From the NCBI RefSeq assembly GCF_000143415.4, contig NW_003314333.1, forward strand, positions 917,670-981,669: a stretch of DNA of 64,000 bases. The letters run 5' to 3'. A model generated the notes under the pieces. The model saw only the letters and a list, made by a program, of their open reading frames with translations. It did not search any database and was not told the origin of the DNA. Shown one piece after another: positions 38,113-52,490 of the stretch. The DNA comes from Selaginella moellendorffii (lineage: Eukaryota > Plantae > Lycopodiophyta). Made by a program: the position numbers and the translations under genes. Position 1 is the stretch's first letter. Every line of letters starts with the position of its first letter.

Positions 38113-41100
38113 CCCAAGCATCACCCCATTGAATTTATCAGAATTTTTTGGATTGTTAGCAAACACACCTTTGCATTTTTCAGGCGCTGCCAGGGCCTCC
38201 AAAGAAGAAATATGCCCCATTCATAGCCGAGACACTAGTAGCAGTATAGCAATTTAGGTGTTTCAGCTTCTCTTCTCATCCCAATTGTTGGCTGCATCGC
38301 ACCACTAGAATCCAGGTACTGTATTCTTCTCTGGTATGCAAATACCATATCCTGGGATGGAAATTCTCCACTTCCCATATCAGTCTTTGTGTGTCTTGCT
38401 CCGTTTTCTTTATCATAGTCAAAGTGTCATTCTGTAGAAATTAGAAAAGATTTGCCCGTCAATTTTGTAACCACCAATTCTTTGAGCCATCGTCCTGAAA
38501 AATTCAGCCAAGGCTTAAGCAACAAATACATACTAGGAGGAACATTTTCGAGCGTATCCACTCCAGACTCTACACAATATATGAGATAACCTTACGTGTT
38601 TTCCAGGTCTAGAGTCTGTACACGTTATAGCATCCAGTATTTATGTAGCCATCGGCCTGCCAAATGTTGACAATTCTTATAAAATGTTTTCTTACCAATC
38701 TGATTTACTGTCCAGTAGACAAAGAGTCGAGGTCCACTTCCTCAAGGTTCAGTATAGAAACCCTTGAATTTCCACATACCTGCCATCCTGCTTCAATTGT
38801 GTTCACTAGGCCTAATTTGTTTGAGGTGATCCATAACTGCGCTAGACTGAACTCGGAAGTTTGTTCCACGTATGGCTCCCAAACATTTCTAGTTGTTTCA
38901 TCTCTTTAAAGTTGCCGTTCAACTCGTTATAGATCATGCAAAGTATCGTCAACTCTTGAGAGTTTTGCTCAGATCAGGTTCTTCATCAGCCAATGGCACT
39001 CGGTTTTTTCCATAGGAATGTTTTATGATTAGCTTCCTCACAGAACCAAATCTTGCGGCTATGGTATTCGAAGTTTGCAACACCGGTATTGTGTTTTTCT
39101 TGCACGATCCAACTTCTAGACCAAACAGCTGACCGGAATTTTCTGATCGATTGTGCTCTTTTTTGCTCATCATTTGAGGGGCTAAACGAGGAATGCTGCA
39201 CAACTTACCAGAAGCTGCAGTGTCTGGTTTCTTAGAGACAGCTGATTTTTAATTGGGACGCAGAGGATGATATCTCCATTTGATAACTGCAATTCGGAAT
39301 CTATGTGTTCACAAGGGTTTGAAAAAGAGGAAACAAACCGTATGATTTGTGAAAAACGGAGGAGTCACGTCTCAGAGAAAATCTCTCATCTCCTCATTGA
39401 GATCTGCTGCTGCGTAAGAATGTAAGAAGCATACCATCAGCAGCAATGCTTCTGTTTCTGACATTTTTCGAAGATGACGAAAATAATGAAGGGAGAAACT
39501 CTTTGATTTGCAGATCGATGAGGGTCGCAATATCTTCTTCGTAACTTGTGTACTTGGAAATCAAAGAAGACAAAACTGGTCTATCGTCAATCTTTCCCAG
39601 CATGGGTCTTCTTGCGACCTCAGATTTCTGACTGTGGAACCCCAGAAACGTTCCGTGCAGGTGATTTACCTCAAGCATTCAAGCTATCAAACCAGTCTAT
39701 ACGGAACGTTTCTGAGGTCCATCCATCAACTTTGGCCGAAAGAAGTTAACGTGGAGTGTTGTTAAAATTGCGCCAAGAAATCTGAGGTCGGTGTTTCATG
39801 GCAACATATTTTGCCTGATAACACCACTGTCTATATACTTCTATCACCGACCGATTTTCCTTTCTTTTATTTTGATGGCGGTTGTCTACCCATTGGTATG
39901 CCAACTTCTATTTTGCGACTGCTTTGGCCTATGCGTTTCTCCAAACGAGGTTTTTCTTTGCTAAGCCAACTAAAGGAAACAGTTTTGATCGTTGGAAGCG
40001 TCAACTTGATCCTACGACAATCAAAACAGAAAGACAATTGAAAACCCGCTTGATTTACTATATTTTTATTGTTTTTAAGTGGAATGAGTAAATGGAAATG
40101 GAATGGGAATCTTATGTTTCATGGCATAAGCAAAAGAATGGAATATTTTGTTTCTTTGAGCTTCCTGATGGGGAACTTTGACGTTTGTACAAATTACTCA
40201 AGAAATCTCTAAAGGATTTTGCGCCAAAGTGATCACTTGGCCATCTTAGAACGAAACCAAGGATTTCTTTGTCACTGGAGGACATTTATTCAAGTCTTGC
40301 AAGACCAACTTAAACGAGCTATGTTGCTCCTCAACTTTCTTCTGGCCACCTTTCCAGCATAGCTTGTTGCAATGTTTACAATACAACACCTCTTGATATT
40401 TCCCACCAGTGCTTGAACCTTGTAAGAACAAGTCTGAAGAATGACAATAACTACAATTCATTTTGTAATTTTCCTTAAGGGTTATTCAATGTAACCCTAA
40501 TACTGATTTGGACCTTTTGGCTGAAGGAAAAGGCTGATTGCATTAACCCCCTTTTAAGTTAGTTCAATTCTTAAAGTTTTATCTTTATCTTACATTTTTT
40601 AAAAGAGTTCAAGATCGAAGCCACTATCCCATCTGTTCCAGATCCTAGTGTTTGATTCGCACGAGTGACTCCTCCGAGGGCAAACCTTTGCTGAGAGTGA
40701 CTCTTTCGACACACAGGCAGGGCAAATCTTTGCTGAGATGGTGAAGAAGGATCTATGAGGCTGTGATTTTGGTCGCTAGAACCATATACCACACACGAGG
40801 TAACAAACATTCAAGAGCTGACAATTGATCACAGATACGATGAGTTTTTTGGAAATAAATATAAATGTCTAGGAGTTATACGCGGAAAAAAAATTCGGAG
40901 TTCAGTTTTGGACAAATCAAGCCCGTTGAACACAATTGAAAGGTATGTACACACTTCTTATTTACTGAACCTTTCTTGAAGATTTACCCTGAATTCTATG
41001 GAGGAACAGGACCTCGACTCTTTGTCTACTGGAAGGTAACTCATATGGTGAAAACTTTAGAAAAGCATTGTTATGGCAGGTTGATGGCTGCAAAACTTTA

Positions 41101-41210
41101 GGCTGCTATAATCTCATTTTCAAGCGTATCCACTCCAGACTCTGAGAAAACCTTACGATAGCAATTGGGATGAAAAGTGGAGCAAAGGGGGTGCATTGGA
41201 GGTCCTGGAA
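38113..41210. repeat. Segmental duplicate of ~22381-25460 (neprosin pseudogene -, PIG-U 3' fragment, CxxC ORF segment inverted, neprosin fragment +)
   Basis: Near-identical sequence from AAGCATCACCCCATTGAATT onward; 40140-40590 is inverted relative to 24400-24830. Confidence 0.9.
40246..40461 (-). CDS. Putative 71-aa CxxC..CxxC small protein, copy 3
   Basis: ORF intact, same length as copies 1 and 2. Confidence 0.3.
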   Translation of the reverse strand: MNCSYCHSSDLFLQGSSTGGKYQEVLYCKHCNKLCWKGGQKKVEEQHSSFKLVLQDLNKCPPVTKKSLVSF

Positions 41211-41328
41211 TGCTCTTTGAGCCCTAAAAATGTAAATTTTTGCGAAGAACCCTAATTTATGTAATTTGACCTTGGAAGTAAAGGTAATACTAAACTTGAC
41301 ATTTAGGGCTCTGGCTTAAAGAGCGCTC

Positions 41329-42195
41329 ATGGTATGTGTTTTCGCCACGAACTGGGTCGATCGATCCGTGGTTTTTTTTCTCGCCAGATCCGATTCGTGC
41401 TGCTCATCAGCAGGCAGGGAAAGGTGCGATTGACGAAATGGTACTCGCCATACACGCAGAAGGAGCGACTTAAGGTAACGTGATCTCTCTTGCCCGATCG
41501 CTCTCTCCTTAGGGTTTATCGATCCCTGATGCTTGGCATGGATCCAGGCGATTCGCGAGCTCAGCGCGCTCATTCTTCCCAGAGGACCCAAGCTCTGTAA
41601 TTTTGTCGAGTGGAAGGGACTCAAGGTCGTCTACAAGAGGTACCCTGCGATCTCTTTGATCGACAGATCCTATTCTTGGTGAAAATTCTTTCTTCCCTTT
41701 CTTTTCGTAGGTATGCGAGCCTCTACTTTTGCATCTGTGTGGATTCTGAGGATAACGAATTGGATGGTCTCGAGGTGATTCATCACTATGTCCAAGTCTT
41801 GGACCGCTACTTTGGAAATGTGAGTTTTCCTTGCTTCTCGGGTAGTCTTGATTGGTTTTTTTCTCTTCTGTGGGATAGGTTTGCGAGCTAGATCTCATCT
41901 TCAACTTCCACAAGGTCCTCTAGCAATGGCCTCTTTTAGACTTGCTGAGTTAGTGTTTTTGACAGGCTTATTTCATACTGGATGAGATTCTAATCGCTGG
42001 CGAGCTTCAGGAATCAAGCAAAAAGTCCGTCTCTCGCGTCATCTCGGCTCAGGTGAGCGAAATCAATCGACTGAACAGTTTCTTTTCAGGTATAGTCCTG
42101 ATATTTCAAAACTCATTCTGTAGGACACTCTGGTAGAGAACGCGAAAGAGCAAGCGAGTTCGCTGAGCAATATGATCGCTCAGGCTACAAAGTGA
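41329..42195 (+). CDS. AP1S: AP-1 complex sigma subunit, copy 2
   Basis: Near-identical to 29947-30817 with splice sites retained. Confidence 0.85.
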
Positions 42196-42407
42196 AACGT
42201 ATAAATTTTTTTAGCCTTCCTTTATATATTCTGCTCACGGCATATCTCCTTCAATGCCATGACTACGCCAACTTCTGCAGGAGCACGAGTTCTAGTATCA
42301 GTGAGCTAGCGGCGCAAGATTTCTAATCTGGCACAAAACCACGGTTCCCATTCCGGCCTAGGTGCTCTAGTGACCATAAAATAAAATCTTTTTCTTCTTA
42401 TTAAGAT

Positions 42408-42813
42408 TTAGACGCCTTTTATACAGCTTGAACTAGAAGGATCCAATGAATAAAATCCAGGCTTGTAGATCTTCCCATATTTTACTGTTGATTTTCGTTC
42501 CATCCCGTCAAGTTTTGCCTTTTCTAGAGTGTAAGTTCTTCTGGGAGAATCATGGACTGTAAATAAGTTCATATCATTCAACATCAATATGCAGATTTGT
42601 GGGGAAGCTCCAATCTTTTTTGGTGACAAGAATAGCAATTCTGAGAATGGTTCTGCCTGGAAGCTTGAATTTTATTTCTTGTTCCTTCCCAGGTGAAATA
42701 GGATTCCCTATTGGAGGACCATAGGTAGCCCCAAATTGATCATGCAATGTTATTGTTTCTCTAGTATTGTTCTTGAATAAAAATATTGCTTCCTTCCCAT
42801 GAGAGATACCCAT
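42408..42813 (-). pseudogene. Orphan small beta-rich family A, frameshifted copy
   Basis: Paralog of 58317-58724; a deletion after LHIDV shifts the frame. Confidence 0.75.
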
Positions 42814-43793
42814 TAGAATTTCAAACACTCAAGAAGAAGATTATAGAGAGAAACAATAACTCATTTTCATGCAATACCATAGAATGAAATTATTCCATGA
42901 GGACACTCAAGACATACTAAACTATATCTGTCCATTGCGATAAAAAAAAACCCTAAAATTATTATTGATATACTGCTAGTCCTATAGATCATCATTGACT
43001 AAGTCTGGTTAGAGATATTTTAATAAAGTAATATCCCTTTCTTTAAAGCCATACTTTGTGAATAGGGAAAGTGATTTGTTTAAATTAAAGTTTGTAAATC
43101 TTTTATAGTAGTACATAAAAAAAATTGATTATATCCTTTGCTTAAGTTTTTATGTAAACAACTATACTATAGAAATATTCTTTATCACTATTTCTTGAAA
43201 TTGACACAGACTTTGTCTATCTTGACTAAGTAATTTCTTTTATATATATATATATATAAGGTGTTTATTGCATATTTATCTGACTGAGGAGCATGGAACC
43301 TACTCTCTTTCACACTTTTATAGTCTCTCTTTGTGTTGTCTTGGTCTTGATTGCATTTTAACATTTGCTCTACATGCATCCTCAGATCTGAAGATTAATA
43401 CAAAGTCCTAACTTATTAAATATGATTTATTTGCCCTTTGCCATTTTAGCATATTCTATTATAAATGAATTTTACTTAATTTTTTGTTCTATTTGGCATA
43501 AGTATCATCGTTCTTTCTCAAAGAATTTTTCTTACTACTTTCTCAAAACTCTCTTTAAAAGGTTAAATATTATACTCCCTTATTTAAACTTGCTATTGGC
43601 ATATGGCATCCGGCGTATTTTATTCCATTTTTAGAATATTATTTCTGAATATAGTTATAATCTAACGGTTCAAATTCAAAAACTTCAAATAGATGGCATA
43701 GATCAAGTGCCAAAGGGGTGGCAACTCTTCAATTTTGATTTTGATGACGCTCCAAATCAAGTGAAATCTTTTAGGGCGATCGAGCAGATTGTG

Positions 43794-43795
<2 letters not shown>

Positions 43796-43858
<63 letters not shown>

Positions 43859-43860
43859 TG
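43796..43860 (+). repeat. Compound microsatellite (CT)n(GT)n
   Basis: Directly visible. Confidence 0.95.
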
Positions 43861-43956
43861 CACGCGCCAAAGAAAAGGCATGTTCAAAGAAATTCCTGAA
43901 GAAGCTGCATCTTTCACGAAGGTTTGTGTTTCTTTCTCTTCTTCATACTCTTGTAA

Positions 43957-44100
<144 letters not shown>

Positions 44101-44810
44101 TAAGACATTAACTCCAGGCCAGGTATGCTTGAAATTTTTTTATTGTTTCATTTCCTTTCGCACTTACTCTTGTATGTTCCCTTGCAATATGAACCTATTT
44201 TAACCTCCAAAGAGGACGAGTATGAAAAGCTGTTCTACAAGACCACGCAAATTGGTGCCGCCCGTGGTAGCCTGACATCACTTTTTATTTCATCCTTTAC
44301 GACATGACAACACACTGCAAAAGGGCTCAAAGCTTGGAATTAGTTCTTCACCCAAAGGATTGCCACAATTTTTCTGAGAGAGTATACACATGACCAAACG
44401 ACTTGGTAATTTCACATCAAAGAATTAGGTGCTTTTGAATCGCATATTCTCTCATCGCTGCCTGGTTTCTAAAACTCTTGCAGCGGCAGATGGCACAGCG
44501 CTGGCTAGAAAGGCAAGAAGAGGAAAGGTATGTGCCTGAATTGACAGATAATTTATTTGCCAAGCTTCAAAAACCTCACACAAATCCTGAACAAGAATCC
44601 ATTTCCAGACAGCATTGGAAGATTTTAGAAGACTGATATAAAATAATTCATAAACGTAGACAAACTCAACCTCTGATGAGGAAAGGTATAATGACTTCAC
44701 ACAAAACGAAATTCATTTCAGGCTATTCGATTTCCTATTTCTGATGTACGTTTATTCTCCTACATTATCTTTTCTGTCGCATCTGAATGTTCGAACTGGC
44801 AGGCAAAATT

Positions 44811-45014
44811 TGAAAATAAAGACAACCTATTTTATTCTTTTGCTTTCCTTGTTTCCATGAAAGCGAGAAGCATCACCACTATACACATGGCTCAGGCAAG
44901 AAGCTTTCATGTTGAAAATAAAGACAACCTATTTCACTCTTTTGCTTTCCTCGTTTCCATGAAAGCAAAAAGCATCACCACTATACACACGGCTCAGGCA
45001 AGAAGCTTTCATGT
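44811..45014 (+). repeat. Tandem duplication, ~102-bp unit x2
   Basis: TGAAAATAAAGACAACCTATTT...GGCTCAGGCAAGAAGCTTTCATGTTG twice. Confidence 0.85.
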
Positions 45015-45279
45015 TGTATCTGCTGAGGACATGATCAAACCACTACCCATGATTCTCATAACTATTGCAAAATTGTAAAACAGTTTCAAAAGTAAATCTC
45101 AGAAATAGAATAGAGCCCTTCTGTGCAAGTTCATCACGGCAACTTGGGCAAAGTGATTGAAGAGGCGGTTTTAATTGCCAAACTAATGACGAAATTTCAA
45201 TGTTAGTGTTTTTGAAGTTTAAACATGAGCCGTTTTTTAAAGTTGGCAATGACTTATTACAATTTTAAATGCTTGACAG

Positions 45280-45410
45280 GTGTGGATGTCTACTCCAAAG
45301 AAAAAGTCACATCCTGCCGTGCTCACAAACTTGTGCTCGCAGATTGCTCTCTATATATATCAGCCTTCTCACACTTACTCGGTGTAGATTGGACATTCAA
45401 GCAAGCGTGA
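45280..45410 (+). pseudogene. Possible BTB/POZ fragment inside the Helitron
   Basis: VDVYSKEKVTSCRAHKLVLADCSLY resembles the BTB aHk.vLa..S.yF motif; follows an AG acceptor. Confidence 0.45.
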
Positions 45411-45529
45411 TCTCAAGTGCACCGTGTGAACAAGTCCTGGTAAGGGAGACAGTGGAAGAACAGAGCTATGCAAACTCTTCCAAGCATTAGCTAATTCCTA
45501 GAGTGCCTTGCAGTTGTGGTCTTCTCTTT

Positions 45530-46015
45530 CCTCACTTCCTGGAGCTATGATCTGGTGGCTGCTCAGAATGAAACAACCAGAGTCTATGACTTCCAGGTCA
45601 GTTTGCTTAAATATGCATCAAAAGCTCATCGAATTGCCACCACCCAGGTTGTAAGCTTGATGGTGAGGCGGCTGGGAAGAACAAAGAACATTATTACTGT
45701 CAATGGCAAGCTCCCAGGACCAACGATCTATGCCAACGTCGGTGATAGGCTTCTCATCACAGTAACGAACACTGGCAAGATGTCAATCCATTGGTGATGA
45801 GTGGTCTCAAAATTTCCAAAACATTCTGTGATCTAATGCTCTTTCACAAGTATGGAATCTGGCAATTTAGGAATCCCTGGTTCGATAGCCTGGCTATGTC
45901 CTCTCAAGCGAGGCTAATAGTTCCTCTAAAACTTCACCATGGATTCACACATGTGAACTCTCTTCTGGCATGCACACATCATGTGGCTTCGAGCTACTGT
46001 CTATGGAGCCATTGA
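45530..46015 (+). pseudogene. Laccase 5' fragment captured by the Helitron
   Basis: TRVYDFQ, IITVNGKLPGPTIYANVGDRL, SIHW, R.PW.D and WHAHIMWLRATVYGAI (L1/L2 copper motifs), degenerate. Confidence 0.85.
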
Positions 46016-46869
46016 CAGCCCAGCATGAACGCAATAAAGGGCGTTGTGGATCCCAGGGACCACTTCATTTGCAAGGGGATCCTTGGAGGAAACTCTACCA
46101 GGTAATATAACTGAGGATTGATTAGCCTTGACATGTTGTATTTTGCAGTCTTGCTCTGACTCGCACTTTGACTTGGCTGTGGAAAGTTTTGGTGACAGTG
46201 TATGTAGTGCAGCAAAAATGGTCTACAATTCTGAGTTATATATGCCTGGTGTTTACCGTTGCATAGCTAAATCACGTAGTTTTTTCACTTATGTTATTAA
46301 TCAGGCGGCACGACAGGGTGTTGGAAAGACATCTCTACATTATGCACTGATGGGCCAGGGTAATGGCATTAGCATGATACTGACGGCTTTTTTCCAGACA
46401 TGGAGTGGCATGAAGGCGTTTCATGCAGTGTAGGAGACATAGATGTGGCAGGGATTAACTTGCAGGTAAAAGTTTCTTTCTTACTCGTCTTTGATTAGTC
46501 TACCTATTGGTTCCATGCAGAAACCCCTAGTGGCAAAAGACTCAGAGCTACAGCAGCTGCAAAATAAGGTAATGGCCCTTGAGTTGAAGGTCTTCCAATT
46601 GCGAGGCTAATCAAGAGAAGCTGAGAAGCATAAGATATAAAAAAAGATCAAATAAACTTCTTTCAGAGTCAAGATTGTATCACATTACAAAACAATGAAC
46701 ACCAGGCAGTGTGAAATGAACTGTGAATTACTACCAGACCCATTTGTCTTTTGGAATGGTTTTATTGAATCTGAAGCATGTGTTGAGAGTCACAAAATAG
46801 GTTATCGAAAATACCACCCTTGAAACTCAGATCAAAATAAAATTACATGATACTACATAATGTTATTTG

Positions 46870-47465
46870 GCTAGGAATTTGCGTGCTCAACGACGCCACC
46901 AATCTGACTTATAGCACGTTATGTTACACAGATTGCAGCATTTTGCATTCTCATTGTCTCTGCACTATTTTCAAATTTATAGCCTTTTGCATTCTCCTGA
47001 TCTATTTTATAGAAGAGGATGTACTGCCAGAGGCATCGGTCCCTGTCAGATCCTAAGAAAGGCAGTATAAGAAGCCAAAGATCAAGTGTATGCCTGCTGA
47101 CTTGATTTTCTGCCGAATCAGAAGGATGGTACACAGAATAATGACGTAGTTGTTTGTACACCACGGCCAAGAAGATGTGGCAATCCATGCAGCATTCCAG
47201 TTGTATGTCAACAGTCTTCCTGCCAGAAGAACAAAGAAACTATGGTTGTAAATCCAAGACAAAAGCACTAGATATACCGTCAGCATCCACAATGTCAAGG
47301 CACAGTGAGACCAGACCAGATGATAAGCTCGATCATTCAGTTGCCACAATACCAAGAGTCCCTGTGATTGCTTTGGTACTTAACTCCAAACATAAGCAGT
47401 GCCAAACTCCCAAAGCTCATGCGTAGAACAGATTGTGTGCCAAACCAATCCTTGCCAGGTGATCC
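46870..47465 (-). pseudogene. Serine incorporator (Serinc) fragment captured by the Helitron
   Basis: GKDWFGTQSVLRMSFG..MFGVKYQSNHRDSW, WNAAW, CTNNYVIILCTILL; stops and deletions. Confidence 0.65.
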
Positions 47466-49336
47466 CTGCCATTAAAATTAAATAGCCAAGTTAAAATACA
47501 AGTAATTGCATCAAATAACCATTTGTATATAAATGTTTAACAAAATAATTGTGCTCTACTTGGAAACCATCACCTTCTCTAGGTTATGAGCAAAAAGACT
47601 AATAGAAAATATAGAAGAGGTATCTTTTTGAGATATTATTAACAAATGGATTTGAAATTTGTATATATACGAGCTAACTTACACCTATTAGATACCATGA
47701 ACCATTCTCTATTGCTGTGAAGTTCAACTAAAATGTGATAGCAATTAGGATAAATATACTCAGGGGTTCAATAATAATGCAAATCTCAGGTAGTGAATTT
47801 GAATATTAAAATATAAGAATTTAATATTAAGCTTGTAGAAGGTTATTAGTTAAAAACAGATAATGGATTTGGTATTTGATGCAAGAAAGAAAATATAAAG
47901 ATATTGCTACTCTTTGAAACCCATATTAGTATTAATATTTGAAGAAATATTTCGTGCTATATATATGAGAAACAAGAAATTCATGAGGATAACTCAAAAT
48001 ATTATCATTTTTCCAAGTAAGATTAATTTTTCAAATCATTTTTTGTCTTCAAGATTAGTGTTTACAAGATCCATCTTAAAATAAATATAACTCCCAGCTG
48101 AAAAAATGTGTATTATATGTCTTTTTTTATAATTTCCTTACTGAAATAGTTTTATATATAGATTATATGTTGATAATTATATTATATTATATTTATAAAA
48201 TATATTAAATATTATGATTTTGTTTATGAATATTGTAATACATTATATCTAATTTCTTATTTTTATTTTGTTTATGTTTTCAAAAATCTATTTATTCATG
48301 AAATGAATGATAAAATTTGTTTAATATGATCTATAAAGGTTCTCTTATGTGAGATTTTCTTGAAATAGGTTTTTATATCTCTAGGTGAATAGTAAAACTA
48401 AAGGTTTGATATTTTACTGTATCTTTCCTCATCTTCTATGATTTGTCATTGCACAATATTATTTCTGCATTGGCACAAGGAGCCTTGAAGATTATTTATC
48501 TATTATATAAGAGTAAAACCTTTGAATACACAAGGAAAAATGTAAAAAAAAACCACCAACAGCTTACTTTAGATCCTTTATAGATACAAAACTAAAATAA
48601 AACTTTTGGAACAAGTAATATCCAGTAAAGGACAGTTTTTCTTTGATGTATATAAAATGGATGAAGAATTTGGTGGTTCTCACTCACCATATAACTATAG
48701 TTCAATTTTTTTTTAAGTATTGCATAATCCAAAGGTTTTAAGAGAAATTACATTATCTTACTATCTCTTGTGTTGCAAGGAAGTATTATACATTTCAATC
48801 TGGATAAATTTATGTATGTATGTTTTTAAATGAAAAATGAGAAACATAATAGAAATTCTATTATTATTTAGTAAACAATGAATGTTTAAAGCATCATTAC
48901 AGTTCAGATAATAAAGAAGTTAACTCAGTACACAATTAAACTTATAGCTTCACCAAACCAGTGACAAAAACCTATTATTCTTTGGTAGTCTATAATTCTT
49001 TGATTTTGTGAAAAATCAATTGTTTTTAAATCTTGGCAGCAATCTTGTAGATGTGTTTAGGGTTGTGTACTTTTTTATAAAGGCAATAAAAACAAATTCA
49101 AATTTGAATTTCATGATGATAAAAAAATTGAGCTTATCTTCCTAACACATACATTATTATCCAATTGCATTCATTGCATTATTGTGCATTATCTGGAGAT
49201 GAATAGTAGCAAAGTTTAGATAAATTTAACCTTGTATACAAAAAATTCTTAACATTGTAAAATTAGAAGAGAAGATCTATTTATCTTGAGTATGTTATAT
49301 CTCCCAGCGGAGCTGGGATCTTTGCTAGTCATTAAA

Positions 49337-49984
49337 TTAATTTTTATAAAGTAAATATAATGAAGCATATCTAATAATAAGCATAAATATGATTAATAGT
49401 GATTTTACTAATATGTGAATAAATTTCATATTATCTACTTTTGAAATACTTGCATGATGATAAATGTCAATTAAAATATCAATAATAGCCCTTGGTGGTG
49501 TTTTCTTAAAATAGGATTGAATAGCTCTTCTATCTTCAAATATGTTTCTCTCAAAGTCCTTTTTGATGTCTTCTATTTCTGCATTTATTTGTTGTACAAT
49601 ATTCTTTAAATGTCAAGACTTACACTGCAATTTCAAAATAATTGATAATGTATAATGAATTGCCCAAAATGTTGCTATTGATACAGGGAGTGAGACAATT
49701 ATGAGAACCCAAGACTGTTTTGAAGATATATTCTTGCTACTACGAATTTGAATAACCAAATTGAGTATAACTCCCTCAAAAACAAAATACATTCCAAGTA
49801 CTTGACAAATTCTATCACCTGTTTTGATGATTCTTTTTCTAGTTGTTGCTAATTCTTCTCGACATTGTGGGAGATTTTCTTTATAATTAGATAAAAGATT
49901 ATTACTGATAGTTCTAATATCATCATTCTGCTCATACACAATGGCAGTCACAATTTGTTCCCCCTCAATTTCTAATGGATCCAT
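49337..49984 (-). pseudogene. Orphan membrane family B (coiled coil, 2 TM, coiled coil, TM), 215 codons with one internal TGA at 49613-49615
   Basis: KRIIKTGDRICQVLGMYFVFEGVILNL..WVLIIVSLPVSIATFWAI; the frame continues after the stop to TAA at 49337. Confidence 0.72.
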
Positions 49985-50371
49985 AGTAAACACTTCTGTG
50001 ATTGCTAAACAAATTAGGCAAAGATAGACTTCTTCGATGAACACAACTTGATCTTAATAAATATAATTTATATATGATATTTTTTTCCTTGGTAACATAC
50101 TAATATCATAGATATTGATTTAGATTAGACTAAGTCTAACATTAAGGAATTCAAATTAAAAATTACTCAGCAAATGCTGGTTGACAAAGCCAATAACTTT
50201 GTCAACACCTCTTTTGCAAATTAAATTTCTTCTCCTTCCAAAACTTGTGTCCCACCCTTGGTGCTTGTTAGATATCAATTGAAAAAGAGGAAATTAAGAG
50301 GCACTAATAAAAGTGATTTGTATTTGTAATGTTGTTAATAAATGTTGTTCAAAACAATATTGATAGATTGA

Positions 50372-50914
50372 TAGATTCAATTCTTGGTGGAAATTCTTTC
50401 TTCTCTTTCTTTTCATAGGTATGCGAGCCTCTACTTTTGCATCTGTGTGGATTCTGAGGATAACGAATTGGATGGTCTCGAGGTGATTCATCACTATGTC
50501 CAAGTCTTGGATCGCTACTTTGGAAATGTGAGTTTTTCTTGCTTCTCGGGGAGTCTTGATTGGTTTTTTTCTCTTCTGTGGGATAGGTTTGCGAGCTAGA
50601 TCTCATCTTCAACTTCCACAAGGTCCTCTAGCAATGGCCTCTTTTAGACTTGCTGAGTTAGTGTTTGTGACAGGCTTATTTCATACTGGATGAGATTCTA
50701 ATCGCCGGCGAGCTTCAGGAATCGAGCAAAATGTCTGTCTCTCGCGTCATCTCGGTTCAATCAAAACCAATCAAATCAATCAAATCAATCGACTGAACAG
50801 TTTCTTTGCAGGAGTCCTGATATTTCAAAACTCATTCTGTAGGACACTCTGGTAGAGAACGCGAAAGAGCAAGCGAGTTCGCTGAGCAATATGATCGCTC
50901 GGGCCACAAAGTGA
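50372..50914 (+). pseudogene. AP1S: AP-1 sigma partial copy 3
   Basis: Lacks the first three exons; a donor site near 50757 is destroyed. Confidence 0.85.
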
Positions 50915-51137
50915 AACGTATAATTTTTTTAGCCTTCCTTTATATATTCTGCTCACGGCATTTCTCCTTCAATGCCATGACTACGCCAACTTCTGCAGGA
51001 GCACGAGTTCCAGTACCAGTGAGCTAGCGGCGCAAGATTTCCAATCTGGCACAAAGCCATGGTTCCCAATTCCGGCCTAGGTGCTCTAGTGACCATAAAA
51101 TAGAATCGTTTTCTTCTTATTAACACGGGCATAAGAT

Positions 51138-51512
51138 TTAGAAGCCTTTTATACAGCTTGAACTAGAAGGATCCAATGAATAAAATCCAGGCTTGTAGAT
51201 CTTCCCATATTTTACTGTTGATTTTCTTTCCATCTCGTCAAGTTTTGCCTTTTCTAGAGTGTAAGTTCTTCATGGACTGTAAATAAGTTCATATCATTCT
51301 GCAGATCTTTAACATCAATATGCAGATTTGTGGGGAAGCTGCAATTCTTATCAGTCACAAGAATAGCATTTCTGAGAATGGTTCTACCCAGGTGAAATAG
51401 GATCCCGTATTGGAGGACCATAGATAGCCCCAAATTGATCATGCAACGTTATTGTCTGGCTAGTATTGTTCTTCAATGAAAATATTGCTTCCTTCCCATG
51501 AGAGATGCCCAT
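51138..51512 (-). pseudogene. Family A copy with deletions
   Basis: MGISHGKEAIF..KNNT, GRTILRNAILVTDKNCSFPTNLHIDVKDLQNDMNLFTVH. Confidence 0.75.
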
Positions 51513-52199
51513 TACACTCTAGAAGAAGATTTTAGGGAGAAACAATAATTCATTGTCAAATAGAATGAAAGTAGGAATAGAGTGCTCATTATTTCCATGA
51601 GGAGGACACTCAAGACATAGCACAACTTCTATATTAAACTTGAATTTAAATCTCTGTCTATTGCATCCATTGCATTGTGGTCATGCCTCAAGCTGGGCAC
51701 CAAAAGACCCTGTATTGGTAGTCCTATATATATAACAAAATAGTCAATCATGACTAAGTCCATTTTACTTGACGTGTTTGCCTTGGTGTCAATGTGAGAC
51801 TTCTTGAAAAAATTAGGTAAAGAGAGACTTCAGAACTTGTGAGGTATAAGTACAATATAATGCTAATATTATATCAATTACAATAGTTTTCATAATGATG
51901 TCTAGCTAACCTCATCTATGGACAAAGCCAACACATTCTTACTTTGAACACTCAAGAATCAACTGTTATTAATTTAAATTCATAACACTAAGTCATATAT
52001 TGAACAATTCAAAACTAAACATACATAACTAATTATAATAAGGATTTGCTATATATTTATAAATTTATGTATAGTTTAGACTTCAATATATAGGATTCAA
52101 ACTCAAGACCTATTAAGATCTTAACACAAGAAGTCACTAAGCTAAAAAATTAGACCTTAGTTTTTCTTTAATTGTATTTAATAACACATAACTTCATCT

Positions 52200-52490
52200 T
52201 TATACTATTACGCGTAAGTCTTAACAAGTAAAGAATATTGTATAACAAATAAATGAAGAAGTATAAGACATTAAAAAGGACTTCAAGAAAAACATCTTTG
52301 AAGATAGAAGAGTTATTCAATATTTAAAAAAAAAACACCACCAAAGGCTCATATTGGTATTTTAATTGACATTTAAAGTGTTTAAAAAGTAGATAATATG
52401 AAATTAATTAGATATTAGTACAATGACTCGTAGTGATATTTATAGTTATTGTTAGATGTGCCTCACTTTAATGATATTTATAAAAGTATG
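52200..52490 (+). pseudogene. Family B 3' fragment
   Basis: KNIV..INEEV.DIKKDFKKNIFEDRRVIQ..KTPPKA; degenerate. Confidence 0.7.
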
